64,000 nucleotides of DNA from Candidatus Limnocylindrales bacterium. Its GTDB lineage: Bacteria > Chloroflexota > Limnocylindria > Limnocylindrales > CSP1-4. The stretch lies in contig JBKKDM010000177.1 in NCBI GenBank assembly GCA_046707905.1, positions 80,877 to 144,876 on the forward strand. The letters run 5' to 3'. The position numbers and the translations under genes were made by a program. Positions 19,232 through 29,077 of the stretch are shown one piece after another (the first letter of the stretch is position 1; each line of letters begins with the position of its first letter). Under the pieces are notes generated by a model, which saw nothing but the letters and a program-made list of their open reading frames with translations, searched no databases and had not been told where the DNA came from.

Positions 19232-20785
19232 ATGGCCCTGACCTTGGCTCACCCGGGTGTCTACATCGTCGAGAAGCCGAGTGGTGTTCGGACGATCACC
19301 GGGGTCGCAACCTCGATTACCGCGTTTATCGGCCGCGCCCTCCGGGGCCCCGCCGATCGGCCGCGCCTGGTCCAGAGCTTTGCCGAGTTCGATCGCGTCT
19401 ATGGCGGACTGTGGGCCGAAAGCACCCTCGGCTACTCCGTATCGCAGTTCTTTTCCAACGGCGGTCGCGATGCCCTCATCTGCCGTGTCCACAACGGCGC
19501 GATCGCGGCCTCGCTGACCGTTGGTGGCAATCTCGATCTCGTCGCGGCCAGCCCTGGCACGTGGGGCAGCCGGCTGCGCGTCCGGGTGGAGGATGCCCCG
19601 GACCGGCCCAACGAGACCCCTGGGACGCGATTCAATCTCTACGTCAAGGACACGGCGACAATTCAGGTCGAGCGCTTCCTCAACCTCTCTACCGATCCGC
19701 TCAACGCTCGATTCGTGACCGAGATCCTGGCGCAGCAGTCGGAGTTGGTCCGAGTCGACCCCGCCGGGTCTGTCGGGGCAACCCGCCCGACGGCCGATGC
19801 CGCCGCCGTCGTAGGCCAGGACCCACTCGACAGCGCACCGTTCTCCAATCCCTTTCCGACTAACGGCGGAGACGGCAATCCGATCACCGACAATGCCATC
19901 TCAGCGCCTGGGCTCGAGGCCGGACGTCAGGGCCTCTGGATGCTCGAGAACGCCGACCTCTTCAACATTCTCGTCATCCCTCCACTCGAGCGCGACACCG
20001 ATGTCGGCCAGGTCACCTGGGACGCCGCAATCCGCTTCGCGCGCGACCACCGCGCCATGGTGATCGTCGATGCGCCCGCGGCTCTCGGGACGCCCGATCA
20101 GCTGCTCAACGGCATGTCCACGATTGCAACGCCCGACCAGAACGCGGCGCTGTACTACCCGCGCTTCCGGGCCCCGGATCCGCTTGCCGAGAACCGCCTC
20201 GCGACCTTCGCAGCTTCGGGTGCAGTAGCCGGGATCTACGCGCGAACGGACGCCCAGCGCGGCGTCTGGAAGGCGCCCGCCGGGCTGGACGCAACGCTGG
20301 TCGGTGTGTCCGAACTCACGGTCCGGCTGACCGACGGGCAGAACGGCCGCCTGAACCCGCGCGGCGTCAACTGCTTGCGAGTCTTCCCGGTGCATGGCCG
20401 AGTGGTCTGGGGGGCACGGACCCTTCGGGGCGACGACCAGATGGCCTCTGAGTGGAAGTACGTGCCCGTTCGGCGGACGGCACTGTTCATCGAAGAGAGC
20501 CTGTTCCGCGGCACCCAGTGGGTTGTCTTCGAGCCGAACGACGAGCCCCTCTGGGCCCAGATCCGCCTCAACGTCGGCACGTTCATGCAGGACCTCTTCC
20601 GACAGGGCGCCTTCCAGGGCGCCTCGCCACGCGAGGCGTATTTCGTGCGCTGCGACGGGGAGACGACCACGCAGAGCGACATCGATCGCGGGATCGTGAA
20701 TATCCTCGTCGGCTTTGCGCCTCTCAAGCCCGCCGAGTTCGTCGTCATCACGATCCAGCAGATCGCCGGTCAGCCGGCAGCGTAG
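19232..20785 (+). CDS. Contractile tail sheath protein (Afp2-4 / phage sheath family)
   Basis: Start MALTLAHPGVYIVEKPSGVRTITGV is the hallmark sheath N-terminus. GAGGA RBS. 517 aa. Its C-terminal region is also typical of sheath proteins. Confidence 0.9.
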   Translation: MALTLAHPGVYIVEKPSGVRTITGVATSITAFIGRALRGPADRPRLVQSFAEFDRVYGGLWAESTLGYSVSQFFSNGGRDALICRVHNGAIAASLTVGGNLDLVAASPGTWGSRLRVRVEDAPDRPNETPGTRFNLYVKDTATIQVERFLNLSTDPLNARFVTEILAQQSELVRVDPAGSVGATRPTADAAAVVGQDPLDSAPFSNPFPTNGGDGNPITDNAISAPGLEAGRQGLWMLENADLFNILVIPPLERDTDVGQVTWDAAIRFARDHRAMVIVDAPAALGTPDQLLNGMSTIATPDQNAALYYPRFRAPDPLAENRLATFAASGAVAGIYARTDAQRGVWKAPAGLDATLVGVSELTVRLTDGQNGRLNPRGVNCLRVFPVHGRVVWGARTLRGDDQMASEWKYVPVRRTALFIEESLFRGTQWVVFEPNDEPLWAQIRLNVGTFMQDLFRQGAFQGASPREAYFVRCDGETTTQSDIDRGIVNILVGFAPLKPAEFVVITIQQIAGQPAA

Positions 20786-20797
20786 GAGCGTCGACCG

Positions 20798-21322
20798 ATG
20801 GCCCAGTTCACTGTCAACCCTCGCCGATTCGATCCCTACAAGAACTTCAAGTTCCGGGTGAAGTGGGATGGTCGCTACGTCGCGGGCATCTCCAAGGTCG
20901 GCAGCCTCAAGCGTTCCACCGAGGTCGTGGAGCATCGCGAGGGTGGGGACCCATCAACGGGGCGCAAGAGCCCCGGGCGAAACAAGTACGAGCCCATCAC
21001 CCTGGAGCGGGGCGTCACGCACGACGTCGAGTTCGAGAAGTGGGCCAACAAGATCTGGAACTTTGGCTCGGGCCTCGGGATGGAGGTCTCGCTGGCTGAC
21101 TTTCGCAAGGACCTCATCATCGAGGTCTACAACGAGGCGGGCCAGCTTGCCCTCGCGTACAAGGTCTTCAGATGCTGGGTGTCCGAGTTCCAGGCCCTGC
21201 CGGATCTGGACGCCAACGCGAATGCCGTCGCCATCCAGCACGTGAAGCTCGAGAACGAGGGTTGGGAGCGCGACTATGACGTCGCCGAGCCCAAGGAGCC
21301 GCAATTCAGCGAGCCGGCCTGA
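20798..21322 (+). CDS. Tail tube protein (T4 gp19 / Afp1-5 family)
   Basis: MAQFTVNPRRFDPYKNFKFRVKWDGRYVAGISKV is the conserved tube-protein N-terminus. GGAG RBS. Confidence 0.9.
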   Translation: MAQFTVNPRRFDPYKNFKFRVKWDGRYVAGISKVGSLKRSTEVVEHREGGDPSTGRKSPGRNKYEPITLERGVTHDVEFEKWANKIWNFGSGLGMEVSLADFRKDLIIEVYNEAGQLALAYKVFRCWVSEFQALPDLDANANAVAIQHVKLENEGWERDYDVAEPKEPQFSEPA

Positions 21323-21330
21323 GGCCTTCG

Positions 21331-22113
21331 GTGGTCATTGAACGATCGGACGGCCGCACGACGACGCGACTGGACCCGACCAGCCTCGTTGATCTCTGGG
21401 AGACCCACGCACAGCGTGGGGCCCTGCACGCCGGAATCACCGCCCTTGAGCGGGCTGGGAACCGGGACGTTCTCTCACTGACGCTCGGCGATCGCAACGA
21501 GCGACTTCTCACGCTGCGCCAAGCGCACCTCGGGGACGACTTGAACTTGGTGGCGACGTGTCCACATTGCGGGGTGGATGTGGAGGCAACGGTTTCCTGC
21601 GATCAGCTCATCGCCGCGGGTTCAGAGGATGACGCCACGGATCGCGATGGTGCCAAGGCCGAGCGCGGGTCATGGGACCTCACCCTCGATGGCTACCGGA
21701 TCAGGATGCGGCCCCTCCGGGTTGCCGCTGAGGTCGGTGCGGTCGCCGCTGACGATCTCGAGTCCGCTCGGGCCGTTCTGATCACGGCCGCCGTGACCGA
21801 GGCTTTCCGGGAAGCAGACGTCGTCGAGCCCACCCAGCTTCCTGAGGCGGTCGTTGTCGCCGCCGGCGATTCCGTGCTGCAGGCGGATCGACTCGCGGAG
21901 GTCGAACTCCAAATCATGTGCCCTGAGTGCTCGAGGTCGTGGCCAGCGAGCCTGGACGTTTCGCGCTTGGTGCCCGAGGAGCTGTCACGTCTCGGGGCCG
22001 AACTCTTGGGTGATGTCGACCTACTTGCACGCACGTACGGGTGGACCGAGGCAGCCGTTCTGGCACTGCCAGCGGCGCGGCGCGCGACCTATGTCGCCCT
22101 TGCGAGCGGCTGA
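21331..22113 (+). CDS. eCIS-associated hypothetical protein with two CxxC motifs
   Basis: CPHCG and CPECS about 108 aa apart (a possible zinc ribbon). Sits between the tube and DUF4255 genes. Possible assembly or tape-measure-associated factor. Confidence 0.5.
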   Translation: MVIERSDGRTTTRLDPTSLVDLWETHAQRGALHAGITALERAGNRDVLSLTLGDRNERLLTLRQAHLGDDLNLVATCPHCGVDVEATVSCDQLIAAGSEDDATDRDGAKAERGSWDLTLDGYRIRMRPLRVAAEVGAVAADDLESARAVLITAAVTEAFREADVVEPTQLPEAVVVAAGDSVLQADRLAEVELQIMCPECSRSWPASLDVSRLVPEELSRLGAELLGDVDLLARTYGWTEAAVLALPAARRATYVALASG

Positions 22114-22829
22114 TGCTCCGGAACGACCTCTTCACGCGACTCGCGACCGGCAGTCGAGGGCCGGGCGCGCTCCGGCTCCGCCCACGCCCAACGTGGCGGA
22201 CGTTCGGAGATGGTCTCGATTCTGAGCTGGAAGCGGGAACGCCCACCGTGGGAGATCGCGCGGCCATGACAGCCATACGATCATCAGCACGCGGGATGAC
22301 CCGCGACCGCATCGACGAATTCGCTCGTCAATCCCGGCCTCAGAGCCCCCGTACCCTAGCCCACGAAGCGTCTACCGATCTTGCTGCGCCCGTCCTGGTA
22401 CAGGGCGGCCGTCTGGCTGCAGCGGTTGCCGCCCCGAAACCGTCAGTCACGCCGGCGTCTGTCGCGGCCGAGGACGCGTCGTCCGCGGTCGATTTCGAGT
22501 CCGCCTCGACCGCGCCCGCCTCGGAGCCGAGCGCGGAGATCGACAGCATCCGAAAGGGCGCCGCGCCTGACCTCGAAGGTCAACAAGGACCCAGCCTCGA
22601 TACCTTCGCCGTCGTCCGTCCCCGGGCCGGTGTCAATCGCCGACGAGGGTCTGATCCCACGCGAATGGCATCCGAACCGGCCCCCGTCCCCGACGTCGTC
22701 GTCCAGATCGGCAGGATCGAGGTCCGAGCCGCGGTCGTGGCTGCACCACGCCGCGAGCCAGCGAGCCGACCACGGCCCCGGCTCTCGCTCGATCAGTACC
22801 TCAACGACCGTCACGGTTCGGCCGGATGA
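22113..22829 (+). CDS. Ala/Pro/Ser-rich hypothetical protein (candidate tape-measure / length-determinator-like)
   Basis: Start ATG overlaps the upstream stop (TGATG). Low-complexity extended composition with a more conserved-looking C-terminus (VVQIGRIEVRA...LSLDQYLNDRHG). The tape-measure assignment is a guess. Confidence 0.45.
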   Translation: MLRNDLFTRLATGSRGPGALRLRPRPTWRTFGDGLDSELEAGTPTVGDRAAMTAIRSSARGMTRDRIDEFARQSRPQSPRTLAHEASTDLAAPVLVQGGRLAAAVAAPKPSVTPASVAAEDASSAVDFESASTAPASEPSAEIDSIRKGAAPDLEGQQGPSLDTFAVVRPRAGVNRRRGSDPTRMASEPAPVPDVVVQIGRIEVRAAVVAAPRREPASRPRPRLSLDQYLNDRHGSAG

Positions 22830-24094
22830 GCACCGCCCTCGCCGTCGCTGGCGTCACCGCCGTCCTGCGCGGTGTGCTTGACGCCTGGCTGGTCGATCAG
22901 AACGCGGCCACGGCCCTCGGGGGTGCGAACCCGGAGGTGAGCGCTGTGGCCCCGGACACGATCGAGCTTACCGGCGCCAACGCGGCACCGCGGCTGAATC
23001 TCTTTCTCCATCACGTCTCACGAAACGCGGGCTGGAGCAACGAGGACCTGCCATCCCGGAACGGCTCCGGAGAGCGGAACGCCAGCCCGGCACTCGCGCT
23101 CGATCTGCACTACCTGTTGACCGCCTACGGACCTGCTGAGCTCCAGGCAGAAGTCCTGCTCGGCATGGGGATGCAGCGCCTTCACATGAGCCCGGTGCTG
23201 GGGCGCTCCGACATCGAGGCGCGCCTGCCGGTCCGTCTTCGAGGTTCCGCACTCGGTCGCCAGGTCGAAATGATCAAGGTGACCCCAGAGCCCATCGGCA
23301 TCGAGGAGCTGTCCAAGTTGTGGACGGCGTTGCAGGCCCACTACCGCCCATCAGCGGGGTACCAGGTTTCAGTCGTCCTGATCGAGGCCCCGCAGACCGG
23401 CCGTGCCCCCAAACCGGTCCTTTCCCGCGGCGCTGCTGATCCCATCTCTGGCCGAGAGCGCGGCGTCGTGACCATTGCCGGGGTTGGGCCGGTCATGCCG
23501 CTCGTTTCGTCGATCGAGGGCTCGACCGGGCACGCGACAGCGACGCTCGGGGCGGTTGTCGAGATCGCCGGCGTCAACCTTCAGGGCGTCGGCCGAACCG
23601 CCATCCTCGAGAATCGACTACTCGGCATCCGGCGCGAGGTGGCCGCGGCCGCGAACACCTCGGACGATACCGTCCGTTTCACGATCCCCACCGCCCCCGC
23701 ACAGCTGGCGGCCGGGATCTACACGGTGCGAGTCAGGCTTACGCCGCCAGGTGCCTCCGGGCCATGTGAAACGAACGAGCTCGCCCTCTCACTCCTGCCT
23801 GAAATCCTTTCCACCAATAGCCCAGTGACGGCGAATGGCCAGGGCGTAGCCCAGATCGACCTCGTGGTCCGGCCCCAGGTCAGGCCGTTCCAGGACGCAG
23901 CATTGCTGATCGGTGGTCGTTCGATCCCGGCCGAGCCGCATCCCACGGCGACGGCGAGCCTGCGATTCCGCGTGCCGGGCGCCGTCGCCGATACCTACCT
24001 GGTCGCCCTGCGTGTCGCCGGCATGGAGACGCCGAGGATCGACCGTAACGCTACCCCAGTGGCCTTTGCCGGAACCCCGGTGGTGATCACGTGA
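22826..24094 (+). CDS. DUF4255-domain protein (Afp16/Pvc16-like tail terminator/cap)
   Basis: N-terminus MSTALAVAGVTAVLRGVLDAWL fits the DUF4255 N-terminal helix pattern. ATGA overlap with the upstream gene. Sits just before the AAA ATPase, as in type-II eCIS gene order. Confidence 0.65.
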   Translation: MSTALAVAGVTAVLRGVLDAWLVDQNAATALGGANPEVSAVAPDTIELTGANAAPRLNLFLHHVSRNAGWSNEDLPSRNGSGERNASPALALDLHYLLTAYGPAELQAEVLLGMGMQRLHMSPVLGRSDIEARLPVRLRGSALGRQVEMIKVTPEPIGIEELSKLWTALQAHYRPSAGYQVSVVLIEAPQTGRAPKPVLSRGAADPISGRERGVVTIAGVGPVMPLVSSIEGSTGHATATLGAVVEIAGVNLQGVGRTAILENRLLGIRREVAAAANTSDDTVRFTIPTAPAQLAAGIYTVRVRLTPPGASGPCETNELALSLLPEILSTNSPVTANGQGVAQIDLVVRPQVRPFQDAALLIGGRSIPAEPHPTATASLRFRVPGAVADTYLVALRVAGMETPRIDRNATPVAFAGTPVVIT

Positions 24095-26016
24095 TTGAGG
24101 AGGCAATCCGGGAGGCCGTCCCGTGGCTGGACGCCAATCAGAGTTATCTCGCGGCGCACCTCGCGCGCGTCGCGGCGTTGCTCGATCGGGCGAGCGCCCT
24201 GCCTGGGGCAGACGCGACGCTCGCCGACGCCCAGGCCGCGGTCGACCACGCGGGAGCTGAGGTCGTCGAGCCCGCGCTCGATCGGATCGTGCGTCTCTTT
24301 GGGCTGACCGACTTCGAGCGCGACACCCTCCTTCTCTGCGCGGGTGTTGAGCTCGACGCGGGGATCGCTCGCCGGTGCGCAGGAATCGCCGGCGGACCGT
24401 GGGGGACCTTCGGGACTGCGCTGGGGAGCTTCCAGGGAGCGCACTGGAGCGCGCTGCTGCCCCATTCCCCCCTCCGCGGATTTCGGCTCGTCGAGCCGGC
24501 GACGGTGGATTCGATCGTCACGGCGCCTCTCCGCGCCGCAGAGCCGGTGATCCATGCCCTGGCCGGATTGGAAACGCTCGATGGGGAGCTTGCGCCGCTC
24601 CTCACTCGCGCGATCCCGGCCCCACTAGCGGCCCCCTCGCAGAGCGCCGTCGCAGAGCAGCTCTCCGGCTGGCTCGTCGACTCGTCGTCCGGCCGATTCC
24701 AACTTGTCGGCGATGACGCAGAGGGCCAGCGGGACGTGGCCGCAGGGGCGTTGGCGCGGATCGGTCGGGGCCTCTGGACGCTCCCCGCGTCCGAGATCCC
24801 TCGAGACGTCGCCATCCGTCAGGCCTTCGCCTCGACGTGGAGCCGAGACGCCGCGCTGCTCGGCGCCGCCTTGCTCATCACGCGTGCGGAAGAACATGCC
24901 GACGCTGCCGTGGACTTCGCGCTCCGGATCTCGGGCATTGTTGGGTTCGCATCCGTGCATCGCCTTCCAATGCCCCCTGGCGCCGGCACGTGGCCAGTCG
25001 CGCTGCCAGAGCCCATCGAGCAGCGCAACCTGTGGCGTCAGGCCGTGTCCGAGGACGTCCTCGATGACGAGAGCCTCGGTGTCGTCTCGAGTCAGTTTCG
25101 CCTTTCGGCTTCCGGAATCGAGCGCGCCGCGCTCGAGCTGGTTGCGGTTGGGATCTCGGGCAGAGCAGCTCTCCGCGCCATTCGCCCCGCCACCGACAGC
25201 GACGCTGTCGGCGAGCTCGCCACCTGGATTGAACCGCGGGCCGACTGGGACCAGCTCGTCTTGCCGATGGACCAGATCGACGTTCTTCGGGAGATCGTGG
25301 ACCAAGTGCGCGGGCGGACGACCGTACACGACGCTTGGGCGTTTCGGGCCCGTGCGGGGGATGGCCTGGGGATCGCGGCCCTCTTTGAAGGAGACAGCGG
25401 GACTGGGAAGTCCCTGGCGGCGGAGGTGGTGGCGACGGCGCTCGGGTTGCCCGTATTGCGAGTCGACCTGGCGGGCGTCGTGAGCAAGTACATCGGTGAG
25501 ACCGAGAAGAACGTCAGCCGCATCTTCGCGGTGGCCGAGGGCAGCGGCGCGGTGATCCTCTTCGACGAGGCGGAGGCCCTCTTCGGCAAGCGCACCGAGG
25601 TCAAGGACAGCCACGACCGCTACGCGAACATCGAGGTCGCGTATCTCTTGCAGCGGGTCGAGGCGTATCGCGGGCTCGCGATCCTGACCTCGAACGCCCG
25701 ATCGTCGATCGACAAGGCATTCCTTCGGCGGCTGCGGTTCGTGGTCAAGTTCCCGTTTCCCGACCAGTCCCACCGCGAGCGCATCTGGCGTGCGGCGTTT
25801 CCCACCGCCGCGCCGACCAGGGGCATCGATTACCGCAGCCTGTCGCGACTTCCATTGGCGGGTGGTGACATCCGAAACATCGCGCTCGGTGCGGCATTCC
25901 GGGCAGCTGCCGCCGGGGAGCCTATCCGGATGGTCCACATCCGGGCCGCCACGAGAAGAGAGCTCGAAAAGCTTGGCCGATCGCCATCTGACGCGGACGT
26001 CGAGGCCCGCCGATGA
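24091..26016 (+). CDS. AAA+ ATPase (Afp15/Pvc15-like eCIS assembly ATPase)
   Basis: Walker A GDSGTGKS, Walker B ILFDEAE, sensor/arginine region SNARSSIDKAFLRRLRF. A long unique N-terminal region precedes it. GTGA overlap start. Confidence 0.9.
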   Translation: MIEEAIREAVPWLDANQSYLAAHLARVAALLDRASALPGADATLADAQAAVDHAGAEVVEPALDRIVRLFGLTDFERDTLLLCAGVELDAGIARRCAGIAGGPWGTFGTALGSFQGAHWSALLPHSPLRGFRLVEPATVDSIVTAPLRAAEPVIHALAGLETLDGELAPLLTRAIPAPLAAPSQSAVAEQLSGWLVDSSSGRFQLVGDDAEGQRDVAAGALARIGRGLWTLPASEIPRDVAIRQAFASTWSRDAALLGAALLITRAEEHADAAVDFALRISGIVGFASVHRLPMPPGAGTWPVALPEPIEQRNLWRQAVSEDVLDDESLGVVSSQFRLSASGIERAALELVAVGISGRAALRAIRPATDSDAVGELATWIEPRADWDQLVLPMDQIDVLREIVDQVRGRTTVHDAWAFRARAGDGLGIAALFEGDSGTGKSLAAEVVATALGLPVLRVDLAGVVSKYIGETEKNVSRIFAVAEGSGAVILFDEAEALFGKRTEVKDSHDRYANIEVAYLLQRVEAYRGLAILTSNARSSIDKAFLRRLRFVVKFPFPDQSHRERIWRAAFPTAAPTRGIDYRSLSRLPLAGGDIRNIALGAAFRAAAAGEPIRMVHIRAATRRELEKLGRSPSDADVEARR

Positions 26017-26249
26017 GACGCCTGACCATTGCCGTGGACACCCTTGTGGTCGAAGGCCTGGCGGACCTCGACCCCCGCGCACTCGAGCGTGCGTTCACGC
26101 AGCGCGTCGGCGAGCTGTTGGAGGCGGGAGCACTCGAGAATCTCGGTCGCGCGGGTCGCCTGGCCGTCGATCCGATCTCGACCGGTGACGCGCGGGCGGC
26201 CACCATCGGCGGCGCTATCGCGGAATCCTTGTCGAGGGCCGCGCAGTGA
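26013..26249 (+). CDS. Small hypothetical protein (78 aa) between the ATPase and the first DUF4157 protein
   Basis: ATGA overlap at both ends. Possible adaptor or chaperone. Confidence 0.4.
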   Translation: MRRLTIAVDTLVVEGLADLDPRALERAFTQRVGELLEAGALENLGRAGRLAVDPISTGDARAATIGGAIAESLSRAAQ

Positions 26250-28066
26250 CGGCGGCCGCTGCGCGCGTCGTGATGCCATCTGGTCCTGCTCGACCACCGG
26301 CTCGACCGCGAGCGTTCGCGCCGGACGCACCACGCGAGCGCGAGGCCGCCTTCGCGGCCGCGCGCGTTCTAGCAACAGGCGGGCCTCCGCTGACGACCGG
26401 ACCGCACTCGGCAGGCAAGACCGCGGACGGCGTCGGCGGCGAGCCCCTGCGACGCGCGGAACGCTCCTTCTTCGAGGCGCGATTCGGCGCCGACCTCGGG
26501 GCCATTCGGATCCATACGGCCGCTGCCGCCGACCCGATCTTCCTTCAGACCGGCGCGACGGCAGCCGCGCTCAGGGGCGACATCTGGTTGCGAGAGAGTG
26601 CGGCGATCGACCCCGGCTGGAGGAAGCGGACGCTGGCACATGAGATCGCTCATGTGCTGCAGCCGGAGGTCGCGAGAGGGGAGCGCTTGGGTAGGACGGT
26701 TGACGACTGGTTGACCGGCAGCCCAGCAGTCCGCAGCTGGGGCTACACCCAGCTCGTATCGGAGATCGATGACCTCGAGGCATGGCTGGAACGGCAGACC
26801 ACGTCCTCGTTTGACGAGACGCGCGTCCGCGAGGCGCTGGCGGAATTGCGAGGCGAGGTTGCACGGCGGGACCGCGAGGCCCGAAGGGCTGCTCGCTCCC
26901 GCCCGCGCCCAGCGGGCCGCGATGCGGCTCTGCCGGCTCGCCGGCCGCGCGTTCTGTCGGAGCCGTCGAGCTACGTGTACTCGGACCCATCGGAGATGCG
27001 CGCCGAGTACGACTTGATCATGGAGTGGCTCGCCCGCCGCGACGTCTCCCGCGCCGAGCGCCGCATGCTCGAGGTTGAGCGCGACAACCTCGCACCCCAG
27101 TTCGCGTCCGACCGTGTACGCGTCGCTGGCGAGCAACGGGTCGCCAGGTTGCAGGCGGCCTTGGCGCCGTCCGACCAAGAGGCCGGCCGCGAGCTGGAGG
27201 TCGCTGCCCGCGTGATCGCTGGCATCGCTCGAGATGACCAAGACACGAACCGATACTGGATCTACCAAGGCGGCGAACGGCTGCCGATCAGCGCCGATCA
27301 GGCCTCCCAGGTCCGGGGCGAAATCGATCGCCAGTTGCGCCGCGCCTCGCGGATGATCGCCGGCGATTCAGAGCAGTCCTGGGACACCTATCAGTCCCAG
27401 CTGGCAGTCAACCGGGACCATCCGATCATCTCGTCGATCGCCGGCTGGCTCGGCGGTGCGAACGACCCAGGGGAGGAACTCTCGAGGCGTCGGCGCCGGC
27501 TGGTACACGAGCTCAGGACCTACGACGAGGAAATCGCCGCTGGGAACATCGTCGCCGCATCGCGCAGGCTCGCGACGATCGAACGCCAGGCCCAGGTCAT
27601 CCATGGCGCCGCCGCAGCCTTCCGGGACCGGCACATCTCGGGTGCGGAGCGGGCCGTGGGCGCGCTCGAGATCACGCGAGATGTCTCGTTTGCGATCGCG
27701 GGCAGCATCGCAGCCGTGCTCGCCGCTCCAGTCGTCGCCGGGGCAGTGGCAGGGGCGGGGTTGACCGGGGCCACCGCGACGGTCGCGACGATTGGGGGCA
27801 CGGGTCTGGTTGTTGGTGGCGGGACCGGAATCGTTCGGGGTGGATCCGCGGCAACCGGCGTCGTCCTCGCCGGCGGTAGCGCTCGTGACGCCGGACGGGC
27901 ATTCGTGGGTGAAGGTGGGCGCGGTTTCCTTGATGGATTCATGGCCGGGCGGGCGGCGGCGCCGCTCGCGTGCTGGGGACGGCTCTGGGGATTGGCGGGC
28001 AGGTGGGTGGACAGGTCGCCCGGCGAATGGCGGCGGAGGCGATCGTCAATGGAACATCCTCGATGA
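26246..28066 (+). CDS. DUF4157-domain protein (eCIS cargo/toxin candidate 1, N-terminal part)
   Basis: DUF4157 signature PLRRAERSFFEARFGADLGAIRIHTAAAADPIFLQTGATAAALRGDIWL...LAHEIAHVLQ (HExxH). Coiled-coil middle region. Gly-zipper-like C-terminal segment (VAGAVAGAGLTGATATVATIGGTGLVVGGGTGIV). Confidence 0.75.
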   Translation: MTAAAARVVMPSGPARPPARPRAFAPDAPREREAAFAAARVLATGGPPLTTGPHSAGKTADGVGGEPLRRAERSFFEARFGADLGAIRIHTAAAADPIFLQTGATAAALRGDIWLRESAAIDPGWRKRTLAHEIAHVLQPEVARGERLGRTVDDWLTGSPAVRSWGYTQLVSEIDDLEAWLERQTTSSFDETRVREALAELRGEVARRDREARRAARSRPRPAGRDAALPARRPRVLSEPSSYVYSDPSEMRAEYDLIMEWLARRDVSRAERRMLEVERDNLAPQFASDRVRVAGEQRVARLQAALAPSDQEAGRELEVAARVIAGIARDDQDTNRYWIYQGGERLPISADQASQVRGEIDRQLRRASRMIAGDSEQSWDTYQSQLAVNRDHPIISSIAGWLGGANDPGEELSRRRRRLVHELRTYDEEIAAGNIVAASRRLATIERQAQVIHGAAAAFRDRHISGAERAVGALEITRDVSFAIAGSIAAVLAAPVVAGAVAGAGLTGATATVATIGGTGLVVGGGTGIVRGGSAATGVVLAGGSARDAGRAFVGEGGRGFLDGFMAGRAAAPLACWGRLWGLAGRWVDRSPGEWRRRRSSMEHPR

Positions 28067-29073
28067 TTGACGCCCTCGCGCACGGGGCAACAGTCGAGCA
28101 AGCGGTCGCGGCTGGCCTCAGGAGCGCCGCCCTTGCCGTACCGGGCGCGGTTGTCGGGGCTTCGGGGAGCCGACTGACACGAGAGCTCGGTGGACCCCTC
28201 GCCGCCGGCGGCACGGCGTACCTCGGCGCAATCGCTTCCGGTCAGTCGCGGGAGGAGGCCTTGCGCGCCGCCGCGGTAGCGGTCGCAGCGAACGTGGTCA
28301 CGAGCCGCGCCCAGCACGGCGCCGAGGCCGACGCGCGGCTCGAGGCGCGCGGCCGGGCCATCGGAGAAGCCCTTCGACCGTCTGGTCGAGCCACGGTGCC
28401 GGCCAGCGCGACGGCTCCTCCCATTACCGTCGCAGGCCAGGCGGCGCCGGATTCTCCGTCCGCCTCGAGCCCGCCGCAGGCGACATCCGCTGCGGCGCCC
28501 GCGACGGCAACGCCGGGACCGACCGCCAGCTCAGCCCAAACGAGCGCCGGTGCCGGGGCCGCCCAACCGACGCCGACCCCGACCGTCGCTGCGGCCCCCC
28601 AGGCCTCGATCGCCGGTGCGCCGGCAAGCACGGCGACGGCGTCGCCTGGCCCCCGCGAGTCGGCAGGCGCCACACCGCCGGGCATCCGCCAGCACACCGA
28701 TCCATTCACCGGACAAACCCACCCCGTCACGGCATCGGCTCGGGCCCCCAGCGCCATCCACGGTCACATGCGCGGCACCGGTGCGGAGTTCGAGGCCTAC
28801 AACACGGCTCTCCATCGCCGCGGCGAGATCGGCATCCAGCGACCCGGTCGTGTGAACGAAGGCGGTCCGGACTTCATCACGGCGCGGGTGGCGCCGAACG
28901 GGCCTCCGGGCTGGATGGGCGAGGTGCAGGCCGCCGTTGCTCCCGGCCGACTCAACCTGGGCGACGCCGCCCTCGAAGCCCAGATTCGCGCAGCGGTCAC
29001 GGCGGGCAACGTGACCATGCGAAATCTCCAGGTCCGGATCTCGCCGACCGGCCTGACGATCACCGGTTGGTAG
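27970..29073 (+). CDS. Probable continuation or C-terminal effector domain of DUF4157 protein 1 (different frame: frameshift or overlapping gene)
   Basis: Frame +1 is open from 27934. Its protein-like Gly-rich segment merges into an Ala/Pro/Thr-rich linker, then a distinct roughly 120-aa C-terminal domain (IHGHMRGTGAEFEAYNTALHRRGEIGIQRPGRVNEGGPDFITARV...). The last about 30 codons of the 26246 frame look non-protein-like (W/R-rich). Confidence 0.5.
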   Translation: MLGTALGIGGQVGGQVARRMAAEAIVNGTSSMIDALAHGATVEQAVAAGLRSAALAVPGAVVGASGSRLTRELGGPLAAGGTAYLGAIASGQSREEALRAAAVAVAANVVTSRAQHGAEADARLEARGRAIGEALRPSGRATVPASATAPPITVAGQAAPDSPSASSPPQATSAAAPATATPGPTASSAQTSAGAGAAQPTPTPTVAAAPQASIAGAPASTATASPGPRESAGATPPGIRQHTDPFTGQTHPVTASARAPSAIHGHMRGTGAEFEAYNTALHRRGEIGIQRPGRVNEGGPDFITARVAPNGPPGWMGEVQAAVAPGRLNLGDAALEAQIRAAVTAGNVTMRNLQVRISPTGLTITGW

Positions 29074-29077
29074 GACC

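Noticed and set aside
19901-20935. 344-aa minus-strand ORF antisense to the sheath gene
   Set aside because: It lies entirely inside a strongly supported + strand sheath gene. Its composition is Arg/Gly/Asp-rich and typical of antisense frames in high-GC DNA.
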